Notes: a model not told the origin generated them from the sequence alone. A stretch of DNA of 64,000 nucleotides from Zygnema circumcarinatum SAG 698-1b (GCA_037447605.1 CM074818.1:1376617-1440616), one strand, 5' to 3'; numbered from the stretch's first letter, positions 1-11,588 are shown. A program made the numbers and translations.

Positions 1-313
1 AGGCAATGACAACCAGGGCATACATCAAGAAATCGCGCAAACTGGAAAAAAATCGAGTTGTAACCAGTCAGCGCCATTGCAGTTGTCTGCAGGCATTCCT
101 CAGCACGACCTTTGCACAGTCGAAAGGCATTGCAGTGGAGTTGCGTGGTGGACACAATCATTCAAGCTTTAGACAAGCCTCACAGTTCTATGAAGCAACA
201 TCCTTCCCCAGAGGGTTGCCAGTTTAGACGATGCAACGAAGTCAGAAGTGAAAGTTCCAAGCAGCAAAGACAAAAAAAGGACAAGGAAGAAGATGAATAC
301 AAGGGAAACACAC

Positions 314-1238
314 CAGGTACGGCTTGTCCCGAAAGCACTCGAAGCGCCACCCCTGGATCTGTGGGATTGTGTGGTCGAAAGTCGAACAAGAAGCACTGCA
401 TAGCAGTGTTCGCGTACTAGAAGTTTGCGTCATGCTTCAGAAATCTTCTTTTCTGGTTCAGGAGACTGTAGTAGGCATGCCTACATAGTACGCGACGAAG
501 CCAGCTTGAAAGCCCACGCTGAGGAGCACACATCTAGCAAATCATGCAGAATGCCCACTTGATTGCAAGCACTGTACATGCAGCCGTGAGGCGCCGTTTC
601 AACTGCTACCAGCATTCATGTGATCCGCGAGAGAGACAAAAAAAATGATGGATGGACATGCTCGTATGAGCTCCAAGAAACCCTAAAAGGTACCAGAATC
701 GATCCATCCTGAAGCAGAGTACCTTGCCATCAGGCTCTGCAACGATGACCATGCAATGCTCAAACGCGAAGGGCAACGTTTGACTCCCAAATCTTGCCAG
801 GAGCTGAGCCGGTCCTTCAGGCACGTCCAAATCGATTGTTGCAACGTACACAAGGCATTGCTCTGCCTCAACTCTTTCATCAGTCTCTAAATCTCCAACA
901 CCTGCACTTGAATCCCGTATTCTTGCCCCACGGCCACCCCCTTTCAATTTTCCCTCTGCGTTTCTATCCAGCTTCATCTTCAACCTGCCTCTCAAGGTTG
1001 TTGAAAATCTGTTCCAAAAATCTTTCTGTGCATAGTGTGCACATGTAGAAATATAATTACTTGCGTCCACCGCATTCCGTGAAGCAGGCGATTTTAAGAT
1101 AATTCTATAAGAGGCAACGATTGGAGAATTAGGACACGCTCGGCAGAAGGAGGAGGCCGGAGAAGCGGCAGGCGCAGCTTGCTCCCAAGTGAGCTCGTGC
1201 GTTGCCCATGTGCGGGCGCATGAGCCTCTCCCAGCCAT
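314..1238 (-). CDS. Conserved plant-type uncharacterised protein (partial, 3' part probably outside window)
   Basis: Exon 1238-723 (ATG MAGRGS... to EHCMVIVAEPDGK|gt) splices in frame to exon 395-314 (ag|CFLFDFRPHNPTDPGVALRVLSGQAVPG|gt). The EH-x-VIV...FDF-x-P-x-P...VAL-x-LSG-x-VPG pattern resembles, from memory, a land-plant hypothetical protein family. Confidence 0.55.
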
Positions 1239-2374
1239 CCCCTCTGCGGCGGAAGGTACCTCGGAGGGCCCCTCGAGGAATGGCGGGGGGCGCCTGCCTC
1301 GGCAGACCCCTGCCAAGGCTGGCTGGCTATGGCGGAGGGGGGGGGGGGGGAGCGAGGGAGGGAGGCGGCCTCCCCTTCAAGCTAGGGCTTGCTCTGCCAT
1401 CTGCTTCCCTCCCCTCCCTGTCACAAACAAGGCCGGAGCATGAGGGCAAGTTTTGCCCACCTGGCCCCCACGTGGCACCTACGTGGCCGCCACGAAGGAT
1501 AAGAGACCTCGAAAAGGTACTAGGCTCAGGAGCTGACCAATCCTGTCGCTCCCTCGCACGTGCGATCGATGCTTGCCCGGCTTTTGGGGCGGCCGCTGGT
1601 CCGAAGATAGGAAAAGCCTCGAAGAGGAAAAAAGAGAAACTCGCAAACAAGGCATTCAAATGGTGGACTGGAAGCTCAAGAAGTTAAAAAAGGACATTAT
1701 TCTCAATGACTTCCATACGGATTTGTCCAACAAACTGAATGTTGGTGACTCGCAAAATATCAAGCCTCTACAAGAGTTCGACGAGAGCCCGAAAACACAG
1801 GACTGGTTGAATAGAAGTGAAGAATGCTGGTCTCACAATTCGCTCTCACATGTACAGATTGCATATCAGACATCACCAAGACGGCTTTTGGTCGAGATCA
1901 GCCTGCCAGCAACCGCTCTTACTCAAATAAAATCGAGCACAGGAGCAACAAACAATGAGTAATTGCAGCAGCGTAGATTTAATGGAAAGGGAGAGGGCTT
2001 CAGCCAGAAAACTTTCTCGCTGCAGCAAATGCTCATAGGCACAGTGGACCCCATGCTGTTCAGCATACATGATCAACCATTTTGATAATTTGGGTGCCAC
2101 AAAAACGGAAGGAGCGCATATGGGAGGCAGGAGATCTTCAAATCAACCCGTATGCAGTGTCCAGCACAAGTCCGCGGTAAACTTCTAATTCATCAACACA
2201 AGTTTTACCATCAGAAGTGGTACAATACATAAAATGGAACTTTCAGAAGTATATATTCTTCATGTCCCATTCATACGATTTCCATTCATTCTCATCATCC
2301 TCTACACATTCTCTTTTTTTCTACTCCCCTTCTGTCCTCTCCGCTCTTTCCTCTCTCCATTCCCCTGGGGAAGG

Positions 2375-2572
2375 GGAAGGGAAGTGGAGGGGAAAGGGAG
2401 GGGGGAAAGGGAGGGAAAGGGGAGGGGAAGGGGAGGGGAAAGGGAGGGGGAAAGGGGAGGGGAAGGGGAGGGAAAGGGGAGGGGAAGGGGAGGGGAAGGG
2501 GAGGGAAAGGGGAGGGGAAGGAGAGGGGAAGGGGAAGGGAAGGGGAAGGGAAGGGGAGGGGAATGGGAGGGT
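2375..2572. repeat. Purine-rich (G/A) low-complexity tandem tract
   Basis: Iterated GGGGAGGGGAAG/GGGAAAGG units; the GE/GK-rich ORFs across it are by-products of the repeat. Confidence 0.9.
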
Positions 2573-3391
2573 TAGGGTTAGGAAGCTAAAAGGCTTCTTC
2601 GTCTGCCTGGGGAGGGGAGGAGAGTAGAAAGGAAGAATTATGGGCAAATTATGGAACAAGGAGAGGACAAGTTCTGGCTGCTTTGCAAAACCAGCATGAG
2701 CATGAACATACCAAGGATGTGCTGCAAAAAACCGGCAGAGAGAGAGCCATCCAACAGGAAAAGAAAAACACTTTTGTTCTTGTGAAAGAAATACAATTGA
2801 GGACAGCACTCATAAACCAATGCGACGACTGCACAACATTTCCTGCGAACGCTTTATTGCACTCTCATTGAAAAAAAATCAAATGAAAAATGAAAAACGA
2901 AAAATGCTGTTCAGCCAGTTCCATGTTTAGCTACACTCTTGAAGTGCACTTTGAAATTGAGCAACGATGGAAACTGCAAACATAATGATGTTGCAGCAAA
3001 AAAATCGCACTCAATCTCCCAAAGTCTGAGCAAACTAAACTGAAACTGAACCCTGAAGCTGACGTAGACACCGACTAATGAAGGAATGCAAAAGTGCAAA
3101 CACTGTACATCAAAATGCAAAATTGACGTGCAACTAAAACTAAACTAAAACTGAAGCTGAATCTTCCCATTCGCTTTGGAGCTTTCGAAAGGCGTCTCTT
3201 TTGCTCGCCACATATTGTACGCCTCCAAACAATCTCTCTTGAATTCCTCCGCAGTCTTCAGCTTCGCCGACTCAACCATTGCTTTAAACTCTCAAGGACA
3301 GAGCGGACACTTGAGGTTGCGGCCATCCTTAGATGGCAAAAGACCCCTCTCGGGTCACTCCACATGGGATGAAGTGGTTTCACCGGAGTTT

Positions 3392-4271
3392 TCAGCGGTT
3401 TCGGGGCAAGTCCAAATTCACGTGCCAGCCCGAGAAACGATTCCTCTCGCGATCCCAATCATTCAACCTTTCACGAATAGAAGCTAATTCAGCTACTTCT
3501 TGCCATTCTTTTTCCTGCTTCATTCTCCAAGAGGAGAAGCTTTGCGGAGTGGGACTTGGCAAATTTACTGCCATTCGCCTTTCCCCCTCCCGAGTACTAC
3601 TGTGGCGGCGGCTGTATTGCGGCTCACGGAACGCCAGTTGGCTCGCACTGAACATTGACGAGTCACGGAAGATGGACTGCCTGCCACGAAATGGCGGCTC
3701 AGGCTCAGGCTCATACAGCCTGGACTGCCCAACATTAAATGGCGGGTGAGGCTTATAGAGCGGCGAGTAATATGCGGGATATGTCTTCAAGGTCGGGGGA
3801 ACCTGTATTGCCAACAAGAGACAAGAAGCGCCACATTAGTCCAGCATATGCATACCAACCCAAAAAACTCATCCATACAAAAGCAAGCACCAAGGCAACG
3901 AACTTTTTGATGCTAACAACCCTAAAAACAAAAGGCTTGAAGGCTTTATAAGGTGCAGCAGGTCATACCCGGCGAGGATTGGCTAACTCCCTTGCGAACT
4001 CCTTGTGCAGCCAATCCACAACGGAAAGGTATGTCTTTTCGACTTCTTTGGCGCCCACACCCAGCCAGAACCAAGCCGTGTACAGCAAGCTGTATCCAAG
4101 ATTTTCCATGACGACCAGCCATGGGACACTGCAAAAATCGAAGGCAAGGTCTTTAAGCTGCGTGCAGGCCGCTACAGCAGCCTTCAACCCGCTGCTTAGC
4201 GCTGCTGCGAGCAGTTGCATCGCTTGCATCCATAAGGCGCACAAAGCAGCTGCAGCCTTCTGCACGGCCAT
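3392..4271 (-). CDS. Two-exon hypothetical protein (~210 aa), hydrophobic N-half and charged C-half
   Basis: ATG 4271 (MAVQKAAAALC...) to NPRR|gtatga at 3969; cag|SRLYEPEPEP from 3724 to TGA at 3392; phase-0 splice keeps the frame. No family recognised. Confidence 0.4.
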
Positions 4272-4759
4272 AGCTGAGCAGGAGAGAGAGAGAGAGGGAG
4301 AAAAAGAGAGAGAGAGAGGGAAAGTGAGGTGAGGTAGGGAGAAATGATGGCCCGGGCCGGAGGGCGTGGCCTTGGGGTGGGCCCCGGGCAGCCCTGAAAT
4401 GGTTTTGGCTGCCGTGTGCGCGACGTAAGCGTCCGCGATTGGGCAAGCGCCGTCCGGGCAGCTCAAGGTTGGCCGCGAGCTGCCCGGAGAGAAAAGGTGT
4501 GGCCCAAAATGGTGCGCCGCGCGTCTACCTCATCTCAAATCTTGGAGAAGACTGTACGGACAGACAGGTGGCGCCACCGCCGTGGGGGAATGGCCGCGTA
4601 CGGTGCGCGTGACGTGACGTGACGCGCCGAAGGGGGGCTGCACCTGCTCGTACTCGCGGCGAGGGAGGACCGGAAAGAATTTCAGCTGCCCGGCCGACGC
4701 TCGCCCAATCGCGGACGGACACGGCAGCCGAAGTCATTACGGGCCATGCGTTGGACGGG

Positions 4760-5280
4760 CCATGGGTTGGATCAACCATTGGATCCAATGGTTGCGATTG
4801 GGCGTGCGTCGTCCGCGCAGCTCAAGGTCAACCTTGAGCGGACCACTAGACAAACCAGTCGACTGGTTGGCAACCAGTGGTTGCGGACCGAAACAACCAT
4901 TCGACTGGTTGGCAACCAGTGGTTGCGGACCGAAACAACCATTCGACTGGTTGGCAACCAGTGGTTGCGGACCGAAACAACCATTCGACTGGTTGGCAAC
5001 CAGTGGTTGCGGACCGAAACAACCATTCGACTGGTTGCCAACCAGTGGCTCAGGACCGAAACAACCATTCGACTGGTTTGGAACCAGTGGATGCCACTGG
5101 TTGGCAACCATTCGACTGGTTGCCAACCAGTGCCGCCGGATCGAAACAACCATTCGACTGGTTTGGAACCAGTGGATGCCACTGGTTGGAAACCAGTCGA
5201 CTGGTTGCGAACCAGTGGCGCAGGACTGAAACAACCATTCGACTGGTTCGGAACCAGTGATCCAATGGTTGGCAACCATT
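4760..5280. repeat. Palindrome-rich tandem array A (42-bp unit)
   Basis: CGACTGGTTGGCAACCAGTGGTTGCGGACCGAAACAACCATT repeats perfectly at 4860, 4902, 4944 and 4986, then continues as variant units. 22-bp perfect palindrome CAACCATTGGATCCAATGGTTG near 4773. Confidence 0.95.
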
Positions 5281-5374
5281 GAATTTCTGAAATTATGCCT
5301 TTTTGCAAAAATGGGTCGTATGTGTTTTTTGGTGGGTTGCCAACCGTTGACAACTAGTGTAACAAGCCTGATGC

Positions 5375-5432
5375 GTACAGATGTGTACGGATTCGTACAG
5401 CCGAGTCGTACGGTTGTACGGGAATTCTGTAC
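5375..5432. promoter_or_regulatory. Cluster of six GTAC motifs (SBP-box/CuRE core)
   Basis: GTAC at 5375, 5385, 5395, 5408, 5416 and 5429; the segment is bracketed by a 10-bp direct repeat ACAACTAGTG (5350-5359, 5500-5509). Regulatory function is inferred. Confidence 0.4.
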
Positions 5433-5509
5433 GGCCGAACCGTAATAGTTTTCTCCGAAACGCCGACGGCATTTTGGTAACTGTAGCGTTCAGTTCGCTA
5501 CAACTAGTG

Positions 5510-5830
5510 ATTTAATGGTTGCCAACCATTTGATTTAATGGATATAACCATTCGACTGGTTGCCAACCAGTGCCGCCAGATCGAAACAACCATTCGACTG
5601 GTTGCCAACCAGTGGCATCCACTGGTTCCAAACCAGTCGACTGGTTGCCAACCAGTGGATCCACTGGTAGGCAACCATTCGACTGGTTGCCAACCAGTGC
5701 CGCCAGATCGAAACAACCATTCGACTGGTTTGGAACCAGTGGATGCCACTGGTTGGCAACCAGTCGACTGGTTGCCAACCAGTAGACGTCCAACCATTGC
5801 CATCCAATGGTTGTCCAATGGTTGCCGATC
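5510..5830. repeat. Palindrome-rich tandem array B (same modules as array A)
   Basis: Reuses CGAAACAACCATTCGACTGG, GGTTG(C/G)CAACC, CCAGTCGACTGG and CCAGTGGAT(G)CCACTGG modules. Confidence 0.9.
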
Positions 5831-6474
5831 CACTGGTCCGAACTGCTTGAGGTTGGCCGCGAGCTGTTGGGGAGGACAGGTGTGGCTGAAAAAATGCGGG
5901 GGTTTGCCAATCGTGCACCGCCACGTGGTTTCCAGAAAACGCCACTTGCTATCCTGGTGCCACACTGGCCCGCAGTCATTGGTCCCACTGTGACACGTAG
6001 GATGCATAGATTGAGCAACCAGTAATTGGTGGTTATGACGTGGTGGTCACGTGGCCTGCGCTGATTGGAGCGCAGCTGGCCCCATGATAATTTTCTTGTT
6101 TATGAACATCCGTTTGATGAGCCAAAGTAGGCAACAAGCAAGCAGGAAGTGAAAGCGAGGAGGCGGAGAAGGAAAAGCGAAGACGACGCATCAACGATGC
6201 GCTTACAGACATGTCAACTTTGCTTTCATTGCTCTGCATTCAATTTCATTTCGAAATGTCTTCCATACGAGACCTCTCTTGCCCGCCTGCGCTTGAAGCG
6301 CAGGCTGCAGGGCTTCACGCGTGCAGCCCTGCCCTGCAAGCAGATCTGCTTTGGAACGTATTTGCACTAATCCGAAATTTGCTAATGAGATGAATCCTCC
6401 CCTTCCTTCCCCTAGTCTGCCATACGCGGTGCCTGCTCTATCGTGCATTCCTCTGCTCCTTCAGACGCGCTGCT

Positions 6475-9400
6475 CTACGCTGCGCTCACCCGCTTCATGG
6501 CGGCCAGGAGCACAGCAAGAGCGCTCAGAACTGCGAAGAAAACGAGCCTGCAAACGATCTGCAGAGAAACGGACTCTTGCAGCATGGCTTGGAACCTCCC
6601 TTCCTCCGCAGCACTTGCACCCTTCCTGAACCTTTTGTGGAATTTGCTGCTTTCGCTCTTATTCCAAGGTCGCTTCCTTGAACACAAGGCGGCTTGCCCT
6701 TCCCCCTCCCCTTCCCCTTCCCCTTCCCCTTCCCCTTTCCCTTCCTTGTCCCGTTCGTGCAGATGGACATGTGAGCGAGGGCTGAATGGAACAAGAGCGG
6801 GTTCCGCCATGGCTGCCGAGGAGCGGCGCAGGGCCCATCCGAGCTTGTTGAGGTACTCCACCGCCCGCGCCTCCGCCCTGGCTCGGCCCCGCTCCTCCGC
6901 CCGCGCTATCTCCTCCGCGGGCCGCAGTCTGCTCTCCGCCAGAGCCGCGTCGTGGCGTGCCGCTACCTCCACACTGTGCTCCAACCGCTGCAGGTCCGCG
7001 CACACCTCGGGGGGCGCCACAACGATGGGGACAAAGTTGCTGGTAGCATCTCCATGGACCACCTGTAGTGGTCTCCCAAACCCTAATCTCATCAGAAACT
7101 GCACCAATTCAGAGCTGTTCCATTTGTGTAACCTGTAGTGGTTTCCCCAACCCTAATCTCATCAGAAACTGCACCAATTCAGAGCTGTTCCATTTGTGTA
7201 ACCTGTAGTGGTTTCCCCAACCCTAATCTCATCAGAAACTGCACCAATTCACAGCTGTTCCGTTTGTGTAAGGTTCTAGATTAGGTCAGCACTTTGAAGG
7301 GCATTGCTGACAGAGCTGCAGGCAGGGATTTGTGATTTCAGACGCCTTTGGGTTGCCAGCTTTGGGCTGTTCGCACTTTGTCGACCACGGAATGCCTCGC
7401 CAGCAAAAAATACTCACTTCCAGGAAGGCCCGTCCAGCCTGATTTGCCGGGCCTCCATAGAAAAGAATGCTCTGCTCCTCAATTTTTGGCTCCTCTCCGC
7501 CTTCCTCGTCTCCTTCTTGCCCCTCCTCTTCCTCTCGCTCCTCCATCTCATCTGCGACTCCATTCTCGTCATCATCCCGCAAGCCGTTTGCGTCACCTAC
7601 GCCTCTCCCAGCTTCATTTTCATGTGACAGAGGGATGTGCCTCGCGGTGTACTTGCCTTGATACGCGCAGAGAATCCTGCAACAGAGTCACAACAATTCT
7701 TGGTCATTCATTCACATGCGAGGAAATGGAGATACCCCTCTTGAACGAGGAAGTAACAGCGTGTGTGCAGTCATTCGAGTGCCGAGGAAAGACTGGCAAG
7801 AATACGTAATAGGAAATGTTCGTGATTTTTGTAGCTGTGAAGACATCCTAAAGGATTGTGAATCCTCGAGGAATGAATACATGCACAGTCGATCCTAACT
7901 GAACACGCACTGTGTTCCAGGTTTGGAGATGTTGTAGCCGCGAAGGACCAGCTCTGTCTCCTCTCCCGCAGGGACCGCCATAGGTCGTACGGACACAATG
8001 TACGGCGTGTCAAGTCGCCGCAGAATTGTTACGTCCCCTACGACACCTGCACCCGTCAGCGCTGAGCTTCTGTAAGCCGCTCTCTCCCTCCTCCTCTCCC
8101 ACTCCACAGCTCTACACTTTTCCTCTGCCTCTTCCTGACACCCTCCACCTTGTACATACCGACCTTTGCAGTCTAATGCTTGTTCTCAGGTGGGGACAAT
8201 CCGCTCGTGTCCCTGCTTTTTGAAGAGATATCTTTTCTGAAGCAGCACAAAGAGCAAGGGGTAGTTCTGCGGGTCAAGCAGCTCACCATATATGATGGGA
8301 GCTGCCGCCCGCTCAACCTGCAGGAGCATGCGGCCGCTGCACCAGAAGTCGCGTCCAGAGCCGGAGAGGAGCCTCTCGAGGCTGCCCTTCAAATCGCTCT
8401 CTATCTGCCCAAACAAAAAAGCTGCGGGTCCTTTGAACAACTCCCCGTGCCTCAAACTCAGAGAAAACTAACCATCCTCTCTGCAGCCAGCAAGGGGTCA
8501 AAACAAGGACTCCTGGCAAACCGCACATGCAGTTAGCAGCCAAACCAATGCCAGTCGTACGATATTTTTGCCGAAATCCCGACGAGCTTTGCAATGGGTA
8601 CTAGATTTCGTGATTGAAGCCATGGAGAAAGGTAAAATAAGGTGAAGTAGGGTGAAGTAAAGTTAGTAAAGGCAAGGTGTGAGGCTGACCGCATCCCACA
8701 CTGCGTGAGGCATGCCCGTGTGGACGATGAGCACGGCGGAATCCGGGCGGGTGTAGGTCTCGAGGTCGCAGGCGGCGCATGCCAGCCACTCCGCAATCTG
8801 TGCAAGGCCCCACACGGGCTCACAGAAAACCACGAGCAAACGCGGGTGAGGGCGGGCTCCAATGGTCGGACCTCAGAGAGGGAGCTTCCACCACCTCTGC
8901 CTCCGCAAGCATGATTGCTTTGATCTCAACGACCTTCGACAGACGATGCAGTGCGTTACATCATATATGGCACGTGAGTAATGCATACGCGGTGCGGATA
9001 TCGCTCGTCTGCACAGAAGGTTGTCATATTTTTTGGCTGGAAAGCAAGGACTTTTGATTCTCTCTACATATCCATCAACATTCGCATCGATGCCTCCATG
9101 ATTCTGTCTCTCTCTCCCTCTCCCCACTGTAAACTGCCACGTACTCTCCTCACTCTCTCCCTTTCTTCTCCCAACCCCCAACACCCCTCCCAGCCTTTTC
9201 GCTGCCACAATTAAGAAAATAACTAAATAAATAAACAATACAAAGAAGGCGTCGTATTCGAGTTGACCTGGTCGCACACATCTGCTGGGAAGGCTTCCGC
9301 AGAGCGTCCGAACAGCGTGCAGGAAATGTGCCCCGTGCGACCCTGCACCACATTTCAGAACCAACAACCCCCCCCTTCCAAAGTCGCTTTAGAAGGCCTC

Positions 9401-9563
9401 TCTCCCATTGCGATAAACATTTCAGTCTTGAGCCTCTCCAAAACAATCCTCTCCAAAACCAGTCCTTCACAACCGCCGTTGCCATGTGCCCGCTCTCAAA
9501 GAAGCCCCATTTTAAGCTCCCTTCTGAGCCACCCCACTCCTCCTTCCCCCCCCNNNNNNNNNN

Positions 9564-9606
<43 letters not shown>

Positions 9607-9653
9607 TAGCGCACCGTGGTGGCCGCGCATCCGAGCAGGTCCGCCCGTCGCAT
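6475..9653 (-). CDS. SPL (SBP-box family) paralogue lacking the SBP DNA-binding domain; C-terminal half with TM tail (~440 aa)
   Basis: Exons 9653-9615 (GCCGCCATG; MRRADLLGCAATT|gtgcgc), 9342-9268 (GRTGHISCTLFG), 8797-8690 (IAEWL..ETYTRPDS), 8404-8287, 8046-7911, 7676-7418 (ILCAYQGKY..GRAFLE), 7062-6475 ([21 protein letters not shown]). Four internal exon lengths (75/108/118/136) equal those of the full SPL gene; frame open throughout. Confidence 0.8.
7062..7270. repeat. Three ~69-bp tandem repeats at the 3' end of the last intron of the SBP-less paralogue
   Basis: CCTGTAGTGGT(C/T)TCCC(A)AACCCTAATCTCATCAGAAACTGCACCAATTCA(G/C)AGCTGTTCC..TTTGTGTAA present three times. Confidence 0.9.
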
Positions 9654-10130
9654 GGCGGCGCTTTCTCTCCGAGGAGCCTCCCCACGGCCTCCTCCTTCTC
9701 CTCTTCCTCCTCCTCCTCCTGCCTCCCTCCCCTGCCCTCATATCTGCCGCCCCCCAGCGCCTCCCCCGCGGGCCCCCTCCGCTCCGCGCCGCGGCAGTCG
9801 GCCGCCCTCCATCCCTCCTCCCGCCTTTATGCGCCCACCGACCGCTGCATTGTCCTGCATGTGCCGCCGCCATGTGGCGCTGCCCCCGCGGCCCTGGCCG
9901 GTCGGCGCCGACAGAGTACCGAGGCGGGCCACGTGGCGGCCTGAGCGCGATCTGCGGCGGGCTCGATAGGGATGAGGGCGGGCCTGACGCCGGCGGTCGT
10001 TGGCCGTTGGGGAGGAGAGGGAGGGGGAGAGATTGGGCCGGAAATGTACGCAACACATTAGGGGAAGTCAGACCTTGACCATGGCCAAATCAATTTAGTA
10101 AACCTGTCAATCGAATTAAGCATTGGCTAG

Positions 10131-10470
10131 GTACGCATTTCGGTACGGCTGGGTACCGCGGAGCCGCGGATCCCGACCCGGAATTCGTACACGAAACTTT
10201 GACTTTTAGTACAGTAGGGGGTCCTCATATTTTCCACCCTGGTTCCGGGCAAAATGAGGCGAAAATATTAAATTTGCATAAATAAGGTTCGTGTTACGAA
10301 TAGACGGGCGGTACTATGTTAGAGTTCATGTTGAACCGTACGTATCGTACCGTATCATTTAGCATCGTATCGTATCGTGACATATCGTGACGCATATACT
10401 GTCGTACATACTGTCGTCATCCAACCATCGGAGAGTTTCGTATCGTATTGACCGTATCGTATCGTATCGT
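10131..10470. repeat. Subterminal GTAC-rich and (CGTAT)n repeats of the TIR element
   Basis: GTAC at 10131, 10143, 10153, 10187, 10209, 10311, 10338, 10347 and 10404; CGTAT pentamer runs 10340-10475. Confidence 0.8.
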
Positions 10471-10534
10471 ATCAAAATCAAGAAGACGGGGAGAAGAGCG
10501 AGCGCCTCTTACGGCGGCACGAGCNNNNNNNNNN

Positions 10535-11588
10535 GGGACAGAGGAGGGGAGCCGAGGGATTGCGACTGAGGCCGTCAGCATTGCCGTGACTACGGCCGGG
10601 ACGGTGAGTGACCTTAAGTACATTATACTCCTCCAACTTCATCACCCATCGTGCAAACTTAGGGCGTAGGGTAGCCATAATGTGTAGCCAAGTGCGGGGC
10701 ATGTGGTCAGTCCTGATGATAATGGGCTGGTAGGCCGTGAAGAGCTTGAACTTTTCGAGTGCCCAGAGGATAGCCGCGGCCTCACCCTCAGTAGGGCTGT
10801 ACTTGGTCTCAGTTTATGAACAAACCCTGCTAGCATAATTGACCGGGTGTTCCCCATCAGAGAATGCTTGACTGGCCACTGCCCGAAAGCCCGTCTGACT
10901 CCAGTCGGCGTCAATGATTGTGGGCAGGGTGGGGTCGAATTGATGCAGACAAGGAGCCTGAAGGAGGGCACTCTTGAGCGCATGGAAGGACAGATCCTGC
11001 GCTCGGCTCCATTCGTAGTGGACTCCGTGTTTCTCCAAGGCATGTAGGGGACGCGCGATAAGGGCATAACCCTTGATGAACCGGCGATAGAATGAGGTGA
11101 GTCCCAAGAAAGATTTGAGCTGAGTGAGGTTCTGTGGAATTGGCATGAGGTCAATGGCCTCAATTTTGTCGAGTGATGGCTTCAGTCTATTGATGCCAAG
11201 ACGATGTCCTAGGTGAGTGATCTCCTGATGGCCCCACTTGCATTTCTTGGGGGCAATCTTCAAACGCGCACTGATGAGCTGTTGCAGCACTTGGTCAATG
11301 TGTTGCAGGTGGGAGGACCAGTCCTTGCTATGGAGGGAAGCATCATCCACATACGGTTCGCAGAAGGCGCGACAGGGACCGAAGACCTGGTTGGCTGGAA
11401 TTCTTGAGCCCAAAGGGAAGCACTGTCCACTGCACGAAGCGTGTGGCCGTGCGAAGCCCTGTCTTGCAGCGATCGGCCTGTCGCAAAGGGATCTGCCAGA
11501 AGGACTTCTGCATATCCAGTGCTGAGAACCACTGGTCATCAGGGGAGACGCCGTGGAGGATAAGGTCCACATCCGGCAATGTATAGGG
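10535..11588 (-). pseudogene. Gypsy reverse transcriptase-RNase H (frameshifted)
   Basis: FSALDMQKSFWQI, LPFGLKNS, YVDD, SFLGLTSFYRRFIKGY, DADWSQTG, YASR, WALEKF, RPGRSHGNADGLSR; frameshift and in-frame stop present. Confidence 0.9.

Noticed and set aside
1573-2100. Overlapping ORFs (1573-1962 +, 1873-2100 -)
   Set aside because: No recognisable motif or consistent splice structure; could be a decayed element or UTR.
4860-5830. CRISPR array or hammerhead-ribozyme (retrozyme) array
   Set aside because: Units are contiguous with no unique spacers and no cas genes; CGAAAC is present but the CUGANGA hammerhead core is not.
4737-6018. Long ORFs in several frames over the 42-bp arrays
   Set aside because: A 14-codon repeat lacking stops opens multiple frames on both strands; there is no splice or codon evidence for a gene.
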